Assembly (NCBI GenBank): GCA_963514005.1
Contig: OY740782.1
Span: forward strand, 67,828,001 to 67,892,000
Length of the DNA stretch: 64,000 bases
Source of the DNA: Raja brachyura
Lineage: Eukaryota
Direction: 5' to 3'
Shown: piece after piece, positions 53,378-64,000 of the stretch
How the letters are laid out: each line of letters opens with the position of its first letter
How positions within the stretch are numbered: position 1 is the first letter of the stretch
Made by a program: the position numbers and the translations under genes
The notes under the pieces: model-generated
Database searches by the model: none
The model's input: the letters and a program-made list of their open reading frames with translations, nothing else
What the model was told of the DNA's origin: nothing

Positions 53378-56127
53378 AATAGTAAGATTAAACGGGAACT
53401 TACCAGTTTGAAGCTTGATCTTTATTTTATGAGGCGTTACGATGAGGGATTACATGACGTATCCATACAACGTGGTTGCCAGATATGACGTGGTTGCCAT
53501 ATAACAACCTTTTCATATCAGCTGCTAACCCTAACATAAGAATTTAGTCGGGTTAGGTCCAGAATGATTCGACACCCACCATCCTTTTTATGCCTGGGGA
53601 ATATATTGGACACAAATTGTTGAGGATGATATGCTGTCCTTTCAATTACCTCTTTTTGGAATAAAACCCCAATTTCATCATTCACCTGTAGAGTTTCTGG
53701 TCCTGAAAAAAACAATACCCAACTAGGCGTATTTTGTGCGGGTGGATGTATTCCTGACATAAGCTCAATTTGAGACCCCCGGACACTGTCCAGTATAACT
53801 AGATCTGATGTTATGCAGCACCATTCGTCATAAAACAATTGCAACCTACCCCCGACCGGAAGCTGCTCCCCAGAGGATATATCCTGGACTGAACCAGTTA
53901 CTCGTCCCACCATAGCTGATCTCAGATTTCTCAACCTCCTGTAATAGTTGGGGGTGTGAACGGCGTGTAGCTGGAAACCCTCTGCTTGGTCCTTGACCTG
54001 CTCCAGCGTCTGTAGCCCGCCTGAAGGGAAAAGGCTTCAGGTGGTATCCTGACCTAGGGTATATAGGTTTTAATGAGGCTGATGGTTTTTGCCTCTTCCT
54101 CGAGATCTTTAACTTGCTTCGCCAGGTCTTCACCAAATAGAAAATTGAGCGCATTGAGCCGCAAAGCGTGGATTGAGTGTTGGCTTTATGGCGATCTTCC
54201 GGATGCAGTTGAGCTCAAAATGAGCATTGCACAGCAGGGCCAACATATCCTGCTGTGTACCTGACATCAGCGCTCCTTGGACCATTCGCCCAAACGCTGT
54301 TATCCTCGCCCCCACCAATTTGAGGACTTTATGGAATCAGACTTCTTGCCCCCTCATAGATGCGCTCATTTGCCCCCAGATGTCAGAGTTTACGGTGGGC
54401 ACCTTGAGCGACGCACAGTTAACAGATGTCTGCTAACGAAGCGATGCTTCCTCCATAATGGAGTCCTGGAGCTGGTGAGAGGCCATATAATTAATGTTGC
54501 TGGCCAGATTATCCTCCATGGCTTCACCATAGAAACATAGAAACATAGAAAATAGGTGCAGGAGTAGGCCATTCGGCCCTTCGAGCCTGCACCGCCATTC
54601 AATGTGATCATGGCTGATCATCCAACTCAGTATCCCGTACCTGCCTTCTCTCCATACCCCCTGATCCCTTTAGCCACAAGTGCCACATCTAACGCCCTCT
54701 TAAATATAGCCAATGAACTGGCCTCAACTACCTTCTGTGGCAGAGAATTCCAGAGACTCACCACTCTCTGTGTAAAGAATGTTTTCCTCATTTCGGTCCT
54801 AAAGGAATTCCCCCTTATCCTTAGACTGTGACCCCTTGTTCTGGACTCCCCCAACATCGGGAACAATCTTCCAGCATCTAGCTTGTCCAACCCCTTAAGA
54901 ATTTTGTAGGTTTCTATAAGATCCCCCCTCAATCTTCTAAATTCCATCGAGTACAAACCGAGTCTATCCAATCTTTCCTCATATGAAAGTCCTGACATCC
55001 CAGGAATCAGTCTGGTGAATCTTCTCTGTACCCCCTCTATGGCAAGGATGTCTTTCCTCAGATTTGGAGACCAAAACTGTACGCAGTACTCCAGGTGTGG
55101 CCTCACCAAAACCCTGTACAACTGCAGTAGAACCTCCCTGCTCCTATACTCAAATCCTTTCGCTATGAATGCTAACATACCATTTGCTTTCTTCACTGCC
55201 TGCTGCACCTGCATGCCTACTTTCAATGACTGGTGTACCATGACACCCAGGTCTCGTTGCATCTCCCCCTTACCTAATCTGCCACCAGTCCCCTCCGGTA
55301 TGGCAAAATTTCTGGCCACATCCAGGACACCTGAAGCATGGCTCATGAGCTTTGGTGTATGCACAAGAGCAGTGACACCAACTTCAGGGTCAAATTCCTC
55401 CTGCCCTGGCTCTCCCAAGCCTTGCTCTAGGGAGGTATCACCCAGCCCTAAACAAGGTGCTGGTGATGGGGATTCCCACTGGAACTCGTAGGTGTGCTGG
55501 TAGTCCTCCTCGCCATACGGGCCTCGGCCTGAGGCCGCTCCAGGAAGCCTGGGGGTATGTGACCCCGACTGGAACACTCCATGGTTTAACATTCGCTCAA
55601 TCAATTGTTCCATCTTTTCAAGATGTCCCCAGACCTTCCTGTTTGAAGGAGGGGAGTCTTCCTGGTCAGACTCATCCGAGTCAACAGGCCTGACTGATTT
55701 TCTCATGGCCTTCCTCCCGACAGGTGGCCACAGCGCTCTGAGGCACCGGAGTTGATGGAATCAGCTGAGCTGCCAGCGGTTCTGTAGTCGGCGTCCTTGG
55801 AACCGGCGTTACTGAAGCCGGTGTTTCCCTAGCCGACCTACGCTCACTAACCGTGGTCCCATGGGTAAATATTTTGCTCCAAACGGCAGCAGCCTCTTTT
55901 GTTATTCTCTCCATTCTGAGTTTTCTCCCGCTGGCTCTTGAAACCAGCCTTACGGAGTTTAAATAACCGCAGAAAGTTGTTTAAAACCACTTACCTGCTG
56001 GTTTGTTACTTACCGCTGGTGGAGCTGCGCTCTCCAGCCCATTGGTGCGCCATGCGTCGGACGTAATGACGCGCATGCGCCTGGCGGGGCTTCTTCACGT
56101 AGTCACTCACGTGACTCCGAAGTAAAA
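53378..56127 (-). mobile_element. DIRS1-like retrotransposon copy 3 (internally deleted)
   Basis: Both termini match copy 2. Gag and the RT N-terminus (FPRHKKDGGCRIILDL) are present; RNase H, MT, YR and ICR are missing. Confidence 0.9.
54530..55282 (-). mobile_element. Young CR1 3' fragment nested in DIRS gag
   Basis: Uninterrupted ORF2 C-terminus, (TTCTATGT)n tail, CACCA duplicated at 54525-54529 and 55283-55287. Confidence 0.92.
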
Positions 56128-56199
56128 TGGCAAATCAAATTCTTTGTATGTTCTTCTTACATACTTGGCTAATAAATGTCCTTGTAATCCTTGTAAAAG

Positions 56200-56622
56200 T
56201 GGTTAGTTTAGTTCAGTTTATGGTAACGTGTACCAAGGTACAATTTTGTTGCATGCTAACCAGTCAGCGGAAAGACTATACATAATTACAATTGAGCCAT
56301 CCACAGAGTACAGATACATGATAAACAAGGGTTAGTGCAGATAAAGTCCAGTAAAGTCCGATTGAAGATAGCCTGAGGGTCTCTAGTGGGGCAGGTAGTA
56401 CCTCAGGACTGCTCTCTAGTTGTTGATAGAATGGTTCAGTTGCCTGATAACAGCTGGGATGAAACTATCCCTGAATTTGGAGGTGTGCGTATTCGCACTT
56501 CTGTACCTTCTGCCCCGATGGGGAAGGGGAAGAGTGACCAGACTGAGGCTTGTCCTTGATTTTGTTTGTGGACTTGCCGCGGCAACATAAAGTGTAAATT
56601 ATGTCAATAGAAGGGAGGTTGA
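56200..56622 (-). mobile_element. Rex1/Babar-like LINE 3' fragment
   Basis: LPSIDIIYTLCCRGKST and FRDSFIPAVIRQLN-type sequence. Confidence 0.65.
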
Positions 56623-56713
56623 ATGTTAGATGCAAGGTTATGGAAGGCAAAAATAAATGATGAAAAATAAAGTGCAATTAATCAACTGGCCAGAGCTTAA
56701 ACAGAGGACCCAC

Positions 56714-56932
56714 CCATCACTCGAATCACATTGAGATTGTTTAGCTATTTTTGCCTGCTTGTCAGAATCTTCCGAATCAAACAAATGTCTTCTCTCTGCA
56801 GATCCTGGTAACGGGTCCCTCTCACATTTTTCTGGCGCAGAATCCAATGGCTGGTTGTTTTCGTAATTTTGAATTGTTTTGTTCACAACCATGCCAAAAT
56901 TCTCTTGTTCGGTTTTTTCAATTACTTCACAG
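56714..56932 (-). CDS. OTULIN: Inferred OTULIN N-terminal extension exon (219 nt)
   Basis: ctaac branch-like site, cctag| acceptor and GG|gtgggt donor. Open frame CEVIEKTEQENFGMVV...QCDSSDG, phase 2/2. An alternative in-phase acceptor exists at 57010. Confidence 0.65.
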
Positions 56933-57279
56933 CTAGGTTTTAGAAGACAGTTAGAATCATGTTTTAGTGATACTAATATCCAATCAAGACATTTTTCAGA
57001 ATGTAGACATCTGCATATGTTTACAAAACAGCATTTTCAATATATTAATCACAGCGATACTTTTTCCCTAAAGTGTACATTGACCAAGTTTTACATCAAA
57101 ACAATTAAAACCCTTGAGTTGGTCAATTTACCCGTTGACACTGCTTCCCAATTAGAGTGCTGGTGAATTTTAGTAACAATTCTTATTTCATTCAATTATT
57201 TGGCACAATAGCTATTTTCTATGTCTCCTTCCAAAATTAACCAAGTCAGTTGTTGTTGGTGCTTTAGTCTCCGACAAGA

Positions 57280-57540
57280 GGGCAGCATTGTGGCGCAGCA
57301 GTAGAGGTACAGTGCCAGAGACACGGGTTTGATCCTTTCTTTTGTACATTCTCCCTGTGACCTCATCAATTCGGTGCTTTGGTTTCCTTCCACATTCCAA
57401 AGACGTGCACTTTTGTAGGTTAAATTGGATTATGTAAAATGTCCCTATGTGTGTAGGATAGAGTAGGGTACAGGTGATGGCTGGCCGGTGCGGAAGTGGG
57501 CTGAAGGGCCTGTGTCCACGCTATTTCTCTAAACTAAACA
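57280..57540 (+). mobile_element. tRNA-derived SINE (HE1/V-SINE-like)
   Basis: A-box TGGCGCAGCAGTAG, B-box-like GGTTTGATCC, CR1-like tail ctaaactaaac. Confidence 0.75.
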
Positions 57541-58449
57541 AAAAAGAATGAGTGTATCCAATAAGCTACTTAATGTGATAACTATTTTACAATTACTGGA
57601 AATAACAATTATATACCCTTGTCCCTGAGAATGATCAATCATATTTCAAGCAAGCTTTTTATTAATCTTGCTGTTGATACACATAATTGATTTTAACATG
57701 TTTTTTACATTTAAACTGGTTTTAAACTATATTCTGCAGACTGATAATAGTTGAACTGTGAATTGGACATCGAGAAAGCACTTGATGTTAATAAATGGGG
57801 TTTATTTGCAAGTCTCAGGAGTAAAAATTATAAATTATAAATTTAATTCAGATGTAAATCAGCTCCCAGTCTAACCGAACATGCTTTCAAGAGAGTTAGA
57901 TTTAGCTCTTAGGGCTAAAGGAATCAAGGGAACGGGGAACTAATTTTAGATGATTAGCCATGATCATATTGAATGGCAGTGCTGGCTCGAAGGGCTAAAT
58001 GATCTACTCCTGCACCTATTTTTCTATCTTTCTAGTGAACAAATGATGAAAGCTGTGTTTGCATTAAGGCCATATCAGTATGAAATGTATATGACCACAT
58101 AGTAAGAAATTTTGGTTAGTTTCAAACATCCAAAGACAGATTACCAAAACCCAATGAAATAGTAACCCAGCAAAAGTGTAATCCCAATCTTGTATTAAAA
58201 TACTGACTACAAGGTTTGTCTTGCTTAACTAACTAGTCCAGAGAGGCATGGTTAAATATGCCTGCTGTACACTGGAAAGGTATTAATAATATAGCACATG
58301 TGAAATAAACACAAAGCAAGTTTTGCTTTAAGTTGCATGTAGCACATTCCGTAGACAGTTACCTTGACTTCCCACTCTAGCAAACAAATGTCTAATTACT
58401 CCAGAAACTAATGTACATTGGAAAACAATGTTGCAGTATTCAATGTTTA

Positions 58450-59150
58450 ACAAGGAGCTGCAGATGCTGGAAAATCGGAGGCAGACAAAAATGCTGGAGA
58501 AACTCAGCGGGTGCAGCAGCATCTATGGAGCGGTCTCAAAGCCCTCCGTTTCTTCCTTGATCGGAGAACCAACCAATCCCCGTCTTCAGATACTCTCCTC
58601 CGCCTAGCAGAGCTGGTCCTTACCCTAAATAACTTTTCGTTTGACTCCTCCCATTTCCTCCAAATACAAGGCGTAGCTATGGGCATGTGCATGGCTAGCT
58701 ATGCCTGCCTCTTTGTAGGATACGTCGAACAATTCTCGTTCGAGACGTACCAGGGTCCCATCCCCGATCTCTATCTCTGCTACATCGATGACTGCATTGG
58801 TGCTACCTCCTGCATCGACACACACAACTCACTGACTTCATCCATTTCACCACTAACTTCCATCCAACACTCAAATACACCTGGTCCTCCGTCATTTTCG
58901 CCACCTCCAACGTGACCCCACCACTTGCCACATCTTCCCATCTCCTCCCATCTGCTTTCCGCAGAGATCGCTCCCTCCGTAACTCCCTTGACTATTTGTC
59001 CCTTCCCACCCGAACCACCCCCTCTCCGGGCACTTTCCCTTGCAACCGCAGGAAATGCTACACTTGCCGCTTTACCTCCCGCCTTGACTCCATTCAAGGA
59101 CCCAAGCAGTCTTTCCAGATGCGGCAGAGGTTCACCTGCACCTCCTCCTC
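58450..59150 (+). mobile_element. Penelope-like fragment with an inverted 5' pLTR
   Basis: QIQGVAMG and YIDD RT motifs, preceded by an antisense pLTR. Confidence 0.85.
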
Positions 59151-59184
59151 CAATACTCTTTGAATCCAGCTATCCCTGCACTGA

Positions 59185-59470
59185 GGTGGCACGCTGGCTC
59201 AGCAGTAGAGTTGCTGCCTAAGAACACCAGAGACTGGGGTTCGATCCTGACTACGGGTGCTGTCTCTATGCAGTTTGTACCATCTCCCGTGACAGTGTCG
59301 GTTTTTCCCGGATGCTCCAGTTTCCTCCAACTTTGGCTTTGGAAAAAATTGTAAATTGTCCCTAATGTGTAAGATAATGTTAGTGTACAGGGATCCTAGG
59401 GAATACAATCCCTGCACGGACTCGGTGGGCCAAAGGGCCTGTTTCCGCAGTGTATCTCTAAACTAAACTT
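59185..59470 (+). mobile_element. tRNA-derived SINE (HE1/V-SINE-like)
   Basis: A-box TGGCTCAGCAGTAG, B-box GGTTCGATCC, tail tctctaaactaaact. Confidence 0.8.
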
Positions 59471-59479
59471 TACACTGAA

Positions 59480-60862
59480 CTCATCCTCACAAACCTTGAT
59501 TCCATCCTAAGCCCCCTTTGTCCAATCCTTTCCCACTTTCACCTGAGGCACCTCACAGGCCCTTCAACTCTTTAATAACTTTCAGTTTTTACACTTCCAG
59601 TCACTCATCTTTACCATGGACATCCAATCCCACTACATCTCCACCCCAGGAAAGTCTCAAGACCCTCTGTTTTTTCCTTGAACAGAGGAGACCCAACCAA
59701 TTTTCCTCTCCTTTTACTCTCCTCCACTGAGCGGAACTTGTCCTCACTCTTAACAACTCTTTTGACTCACTTTCTCCAAGTTAAAGGTGTAGCCATGGGC
59801 ACTTGCATGGTCACCAGATATGCCAGCCTTCTTTGTTGGTTACGTTGAACAGTCCTTATTCTTACCATTAACTGGTCATTTCCTCTAACTCTTCTCTACT
59901 ACATTGGCAACCGCATTGGGGCTGCTACCTGCACCCATGCAGAACTCATGGACTTCATTAATTTCACCACTAACTTCCACCCTGGCCTCAATTTCACCTG
60001 TACTATCTCTGACACCTCTCTCCCCTTTCTTGATCTCTGTTTCCATCAAAGATGACAAACTATCAACTGACATTTACTACGAACCCACCGACTCCCACAG
60101 TTATCTTGACTATACATCATCCCACCCAGACTGTCTTTATACCTCCTCTCTTGACTCCATCCAGGGACCCCAGCAGTCCTTCCAGTGAGATAGAGGTTCA
60201 TATGCACCACCTCTAACCTAATTTATTACATCCAATGTCCCCGATGTGGGCTACTGTACAAAGTGTAGACTTGGCAACCGTTTCGCTGAACATTTAGGCT
60301 CGGTCCGTCCGTATAGGCCCACAGGATGTCCCATTTTCTAACCATTTAAACTCTTCTTCCCATTCTGAACTGGACCTCCTCCATAGCCAGAGTGATGCCA
60401 CATGCAAAATGGATGAACAGCATCTCATATTTCCCGTGGGCAGCTTACAAGTCATCAGTATGAATGTTGAATTCTCTAATTTCAGGTAACTTCTACAAAC
60501 ACCTCTCCCCCTCCTCCCATCACTCTCCCTCTCCCCCCCATTTCACCCCCTTATTCCACTAAAGGTTGGTTAACTAGTTCCACAGCTCACAACGATACAT
60601 CCTTCTTATGTGCACACCATCCCTATCCAACAATTGTCCTATCAGGGAGTCTCCTTGCCTGAGGTCATCTGTTGCCAGTTCTGATTTGTCCTGTTATTAT
60701 TCTCTCTTCCGGTTTCGTCTCCCGACACTATAATCAGTCTGAAGAAGGATTCAAACCCAAAATGTCACCTTTCCATTTCTCCAGAGGCGCTGCCTGACCC
60801 GCTGAGTTACTCCAGCATTTTGTCTATCTTTGGTAATAAACAAGTGTCTGCAGTTCCTTTTT
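59480..60862 (+). mobile_element. Degenerate Penelope-like element with 3' pLTR
   Basis: DIYYEPTDSHSYLDYTSSHP, GIY-YIG remnants and a degenerate hammerhead near 60738. Confidence 0.82.
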
Positions 60863-61094
60863 ATTACCAATCTGGTAAGTCTGCATTGCTGCTTCTCCTA
60901 GACCAAGAGATCTTTCCTGCAGTCTGTTATCTAAAACTGATCACAGAACTCTACGTGACAATGGCAACGATACTTTATTGTCATGTGTACGTAAATACAG
61001 CGACATTCTTTGTTTCTGCCCACAATCTGGTAAAATCATACTCTGGATAAGCACAATCATAGATAAATACAAAAGTACAATGATTGGAGTGGAA

Positions 61095-61632
61095 GACAAC
61101 AGATAATAGACAATGGGTGCAGGACTAGGCCATTTGGCCCTTCGAGCCAGCACCGCCATTCAATGTGATCATGGCTGATTATCCCCAATCAGTACCCCAT
61201 TCCTGCCTTCTCCCCATATCCCCTGACTCTGCTATTTTTTAAGAGCCCTATCTACCTCTCTCTTGAAAGTATCCAGAGAACCAGCCTCCATCGCCCTCTT
61301 AGGCAGAGAATTCCACAGACTCACAACTCTCTGTGAGAAAAGGCGTTTCCGAATCTCCATTCTAAATGGCTTACACCTTATTCTTAAACTGTGGCCCCTG
61401 GTTCTGGACTCCCCCAACATCGGGAACATGTTTCCTGCCTAGCGTGTCCAAACCCTTAACAATCTTATATCTTTCAATAAGATCCCCTCTCATCCTTCTA
61501 AACTCCAGAGTATACAAGCCCAGTCGTTCCATTCTCTCAGCATATGATAGTCCCGCCATCCCAGGAATTAACCTTGTAAACCTAAGCTGCACTCCCTCAA
61601 TAGCAAGAATGTCCTTCCTCAAATTAGGGGAT
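61095..61632 (-). mobile_element. CR1 3' fragment
   Basis: SPNLRKDILAIEGVQ...RTRGHSLRI followed by the 3' UTR. Confidence 0.9.
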
Positions 61633-62202
61633 CTGGCGGCGGCAAGGTCGGTGTGGCAGGGGTGACCTGCCCAGCGATGCTGTGTGTCTTCCACCGCTCC
61701 ATCCCGCTGCAGGCCGTGTCTGATACAAGCCCTTGTCCGACCTCTGCGGGGCCTCCAACAGCGCCCGAATCTCGCGATCTCCTGGCTGCTGCAGGGCCTC
61801 CAGCAGCCCAATTCACCAGCCCCTTGCCTCTCGCAGCCACCACTCAGCCTCCACGCTCTGGGTTACCTCTAGCAGTTGGCCTCGGAACTCTCCAGAGCAC
61901 TTCCAAGGGTGCAGGAGGCAAGCCCACTGCCTGCTGGGAGACAGCAGCTCTACCAGCTGCACCTCTGTGCTAACCTCCCCATCCCCAATCCCATATACTC
62001 AGTACTTTAATAGCCAAAATTATTCAAATTTGCAATTCATAAAAGCATTGAAATAAACACCACTTTTGTGGTGGTTTCTGTTGGATGGCTACGAGTTCAT
62101 ATTCCTTTTCATCAAATCACCAAGTCATAGGCTAATACATTGAAAGTGTACTGAAGCAGATGTAAACCGTGAAATTAGCAGAACTGAAAACAAAAAAAAT
62201 AC

Positions 62203-62411
62203 CTTTTACAATCCTCAGTGTTGTCAGTTCCATTTCTTGGCTCTGATGGATCCTCGCTGCCTGATTTATGAGGAGATATTGATTGCTCTTTAACATCATT
62301 TGTCTTGCATGAACTGGTATTGGTAACATGCAGTAAAGCTTGTTCACTCTCAGCCATAGATTTCACCTCACTTTGGCAATGTGTCCATTTACAGCACACA
62401 GCATTGCCCAT
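62203..62411 (-). CDS. OTULIN: Inferred first coding exon of OTULIN (MGNAVCC...)
   Basis: Strong Kozak aaaATGG, in-frame TGA upstream at 62468-62466, donor AAG|gtattt in phase 2. An acceptor ttctgttgcag| at 62599 implies a 5' UTR exon outside the window. Confidence 0.68.
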
Positions 62412-62840
62412 TTTAATCTTTACTGAGAAAGTAATCCATGATTGTCCGGCAATCCTACAGAGCTGTCATGCAACGTTTGCACACTGTTGCCTGAACCTCT
62501 AAAGGTGAGTGAAGGTGATATCAGATGCCTGAAGTAAGAACTAACTCCTGGGTTTAAATGTTTTTGACATTCACCAATTATATTGGTGAATTGATTTACC
62601 TGCAACAGAAAAGAACTGTTAAAAAACAAAAATAACTTATTGCGTGCTATTTTCTTATTTGAACAGGAATTGTCAAAATAATACGCAAATTAATAATATA
62701 TAATGCTTGCGCACATTTCATAGCATTTTTTAAATTAAATATATTGGTTGGTATTACTTGACAAATAATACACAACCTTCTTGACTTTAATATTGTGTAT
62801 TGCCCAGTTCTTAAATGATTAATTTTAACATTCATCCATT

Positions 62841-63466
62841 CGGCTGGCGCCAGCAATGGCTGCCTCGCCAACAGTCGGTCTCATCCCTTCCTTCTTTCTT
62901 GTTTTTTTTTTAGTATGTTTTAAATATATGTTTTAGTGTTCTTTAGCTTGTTTTATGTGGGGGGGTGGGGAACTAATTTTAATTTCTTACCTCGACTGAG
63001 ATGCAATTTTTTTTCCATATCGTATCTCCGTTCTCACTGCGGCCCAACATCGAGGTGCTTGCGGCCTCTGCTGGAGACCGACTTTGGGAGCTTCAACCGC
63101 GGGAGCCTACAGAACTTACCATCGTGGAACTCGTGATCCCTGTCGGGAATCGACCTTGGAAGCTCCAACAGCGGGAGCCTGTGGAATTCAACATCGTGGA
63201 GCTCGTGGTCCCTGGTTAGAGACCGACTTTGGGAGCTCCAGGCCCCAGTAGCTTTGACCACCCCGACGTGGGAGAATAAAGAGGAAGAAGTATGGACTTT
63301 ATTGTTTTCCATCACAGTGAGGAATGTGGGGAATCTGCTGTGGTGGATGTTTATGTCAGCTTTTATATAGTTGTGTGTCTTGTTTTTTTTAGTATGGCTG
63401 TATTGTAATTTGGGTTTCACTGTACTTTAGTTGGTACATGTGACAATAAACTGACCTTTGAACCTT
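62841..63466 (+). mobile_element. Non-coding SINE-like repeat with 72-bp internal tandem units
   Basis: Units start at 63049, 63121 and 63193; AATAAA plus a short-repeat tail; paralog at 52842. Confidence 0.6.
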
Positions 63467-63749
63467 TATTACTAATGGTACGCTGGTCCATGTTGCGTAA
63501 TGCAAAATGAGCTCAAGTCAATTAGCAGAAACACTGGAGTTCTTGCAAGAAACAAGTTTATGATTGGCGTGTTTTCAATCTCTCCAGCCCACCAGTCATT
63601 AACTTTTATTTGAATTGAATTGAAGAAGCGAGTTTGGTATTCCAAAAAAGGCAAGGAATCATGGGATTTGTCAAAGGTCACTCATTGTAAAGAAAAAGTT
63701 ATGAAGCGCTGACTGTATAAACTGTGTATAAATTCTTATCTTTATAAAG

Positions 63750-63868
63750 ATAGCAGAGTCAGGGGATATGGGGAGAAGGCAGGAACAGGGTACTGAGTAG
63801 GGATGATCAGCCATGATCACATTGAATGGAGGTGCTGGCTCAAAGGGCAGAATGGCCTTTGCCTGCAT
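63750..63868 (+). mobile_element. CR1 3' UTR fragment
   Basis: ggggatatggggagaaggcagg...atgatcacattgaatgg, as in other CR1 ends here. Confidence 0.8.
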
Positions 63869-64000
63869 CAATTGTCTATTGAGCAGAACATCCTCCTCAT
63901 CAGACTTGTCACTGTCAGGATGAGGTCCCGAGGCAGATGCTGCAGCTAGGTCTTCTCCAGTGTCAGGCCTCCTTGCCCTCATCCCTCCTGCAGGCCACAA

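Larger units (their letters stand above)
52842..56196 (+). mobile_element. Non-coding SINE-like repeat (52842-53377 plus 56128-56196) split by DIRS copy 3
   Basis: Homologous to 62841-63466. The 3' tail resembles Rex1/Babar ends. Confidence 0.6.

Noticed and set aside
63870-64000. Acidic open frame at the window edge as an upstream exon
   Set aside because: It is truncated by the window, runs into a CR1 fragment and has no convincing donor or recognisable homology.

Overview
Vertebrate genomic DNA, most likely from a cartilaginous fish (skate/ray/shark, inferred from HE1-like SINEs and abundant CR1 and Penelope repeats). It holds two convergent genes. On the + strand are the last two coding exons of ANKH (8100-8199, 13892-14005). 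On the - strand is a catalytically intact OTULIN: six well-supported exons between 41429 and 20258 plus three inferred upstream exons (62411-62203, 56932-56714, 49951-49682), giving about 537 aa beginning MGNAVCC. The rest is intronic and dense with transposons: three DIRS copies, a Gypsy element with both LTRs, a Tc1, a Hero/RLE LINE, several hAT-type non-autonomous elements, Penelope-like elements with minimal hammerhead motifs, and CR1, Rex1/Babar, RTE, L1 and SINE fragments. The best leads are (1) a long, putatively myristoylated/palmitoylated OTULIN N-terminus and (2) a pair of splice donors exactly 19 nt apart in the leaders of all three divergent DIRS copies. All homology calls are by eye from remembered family motifs; no searches were run.
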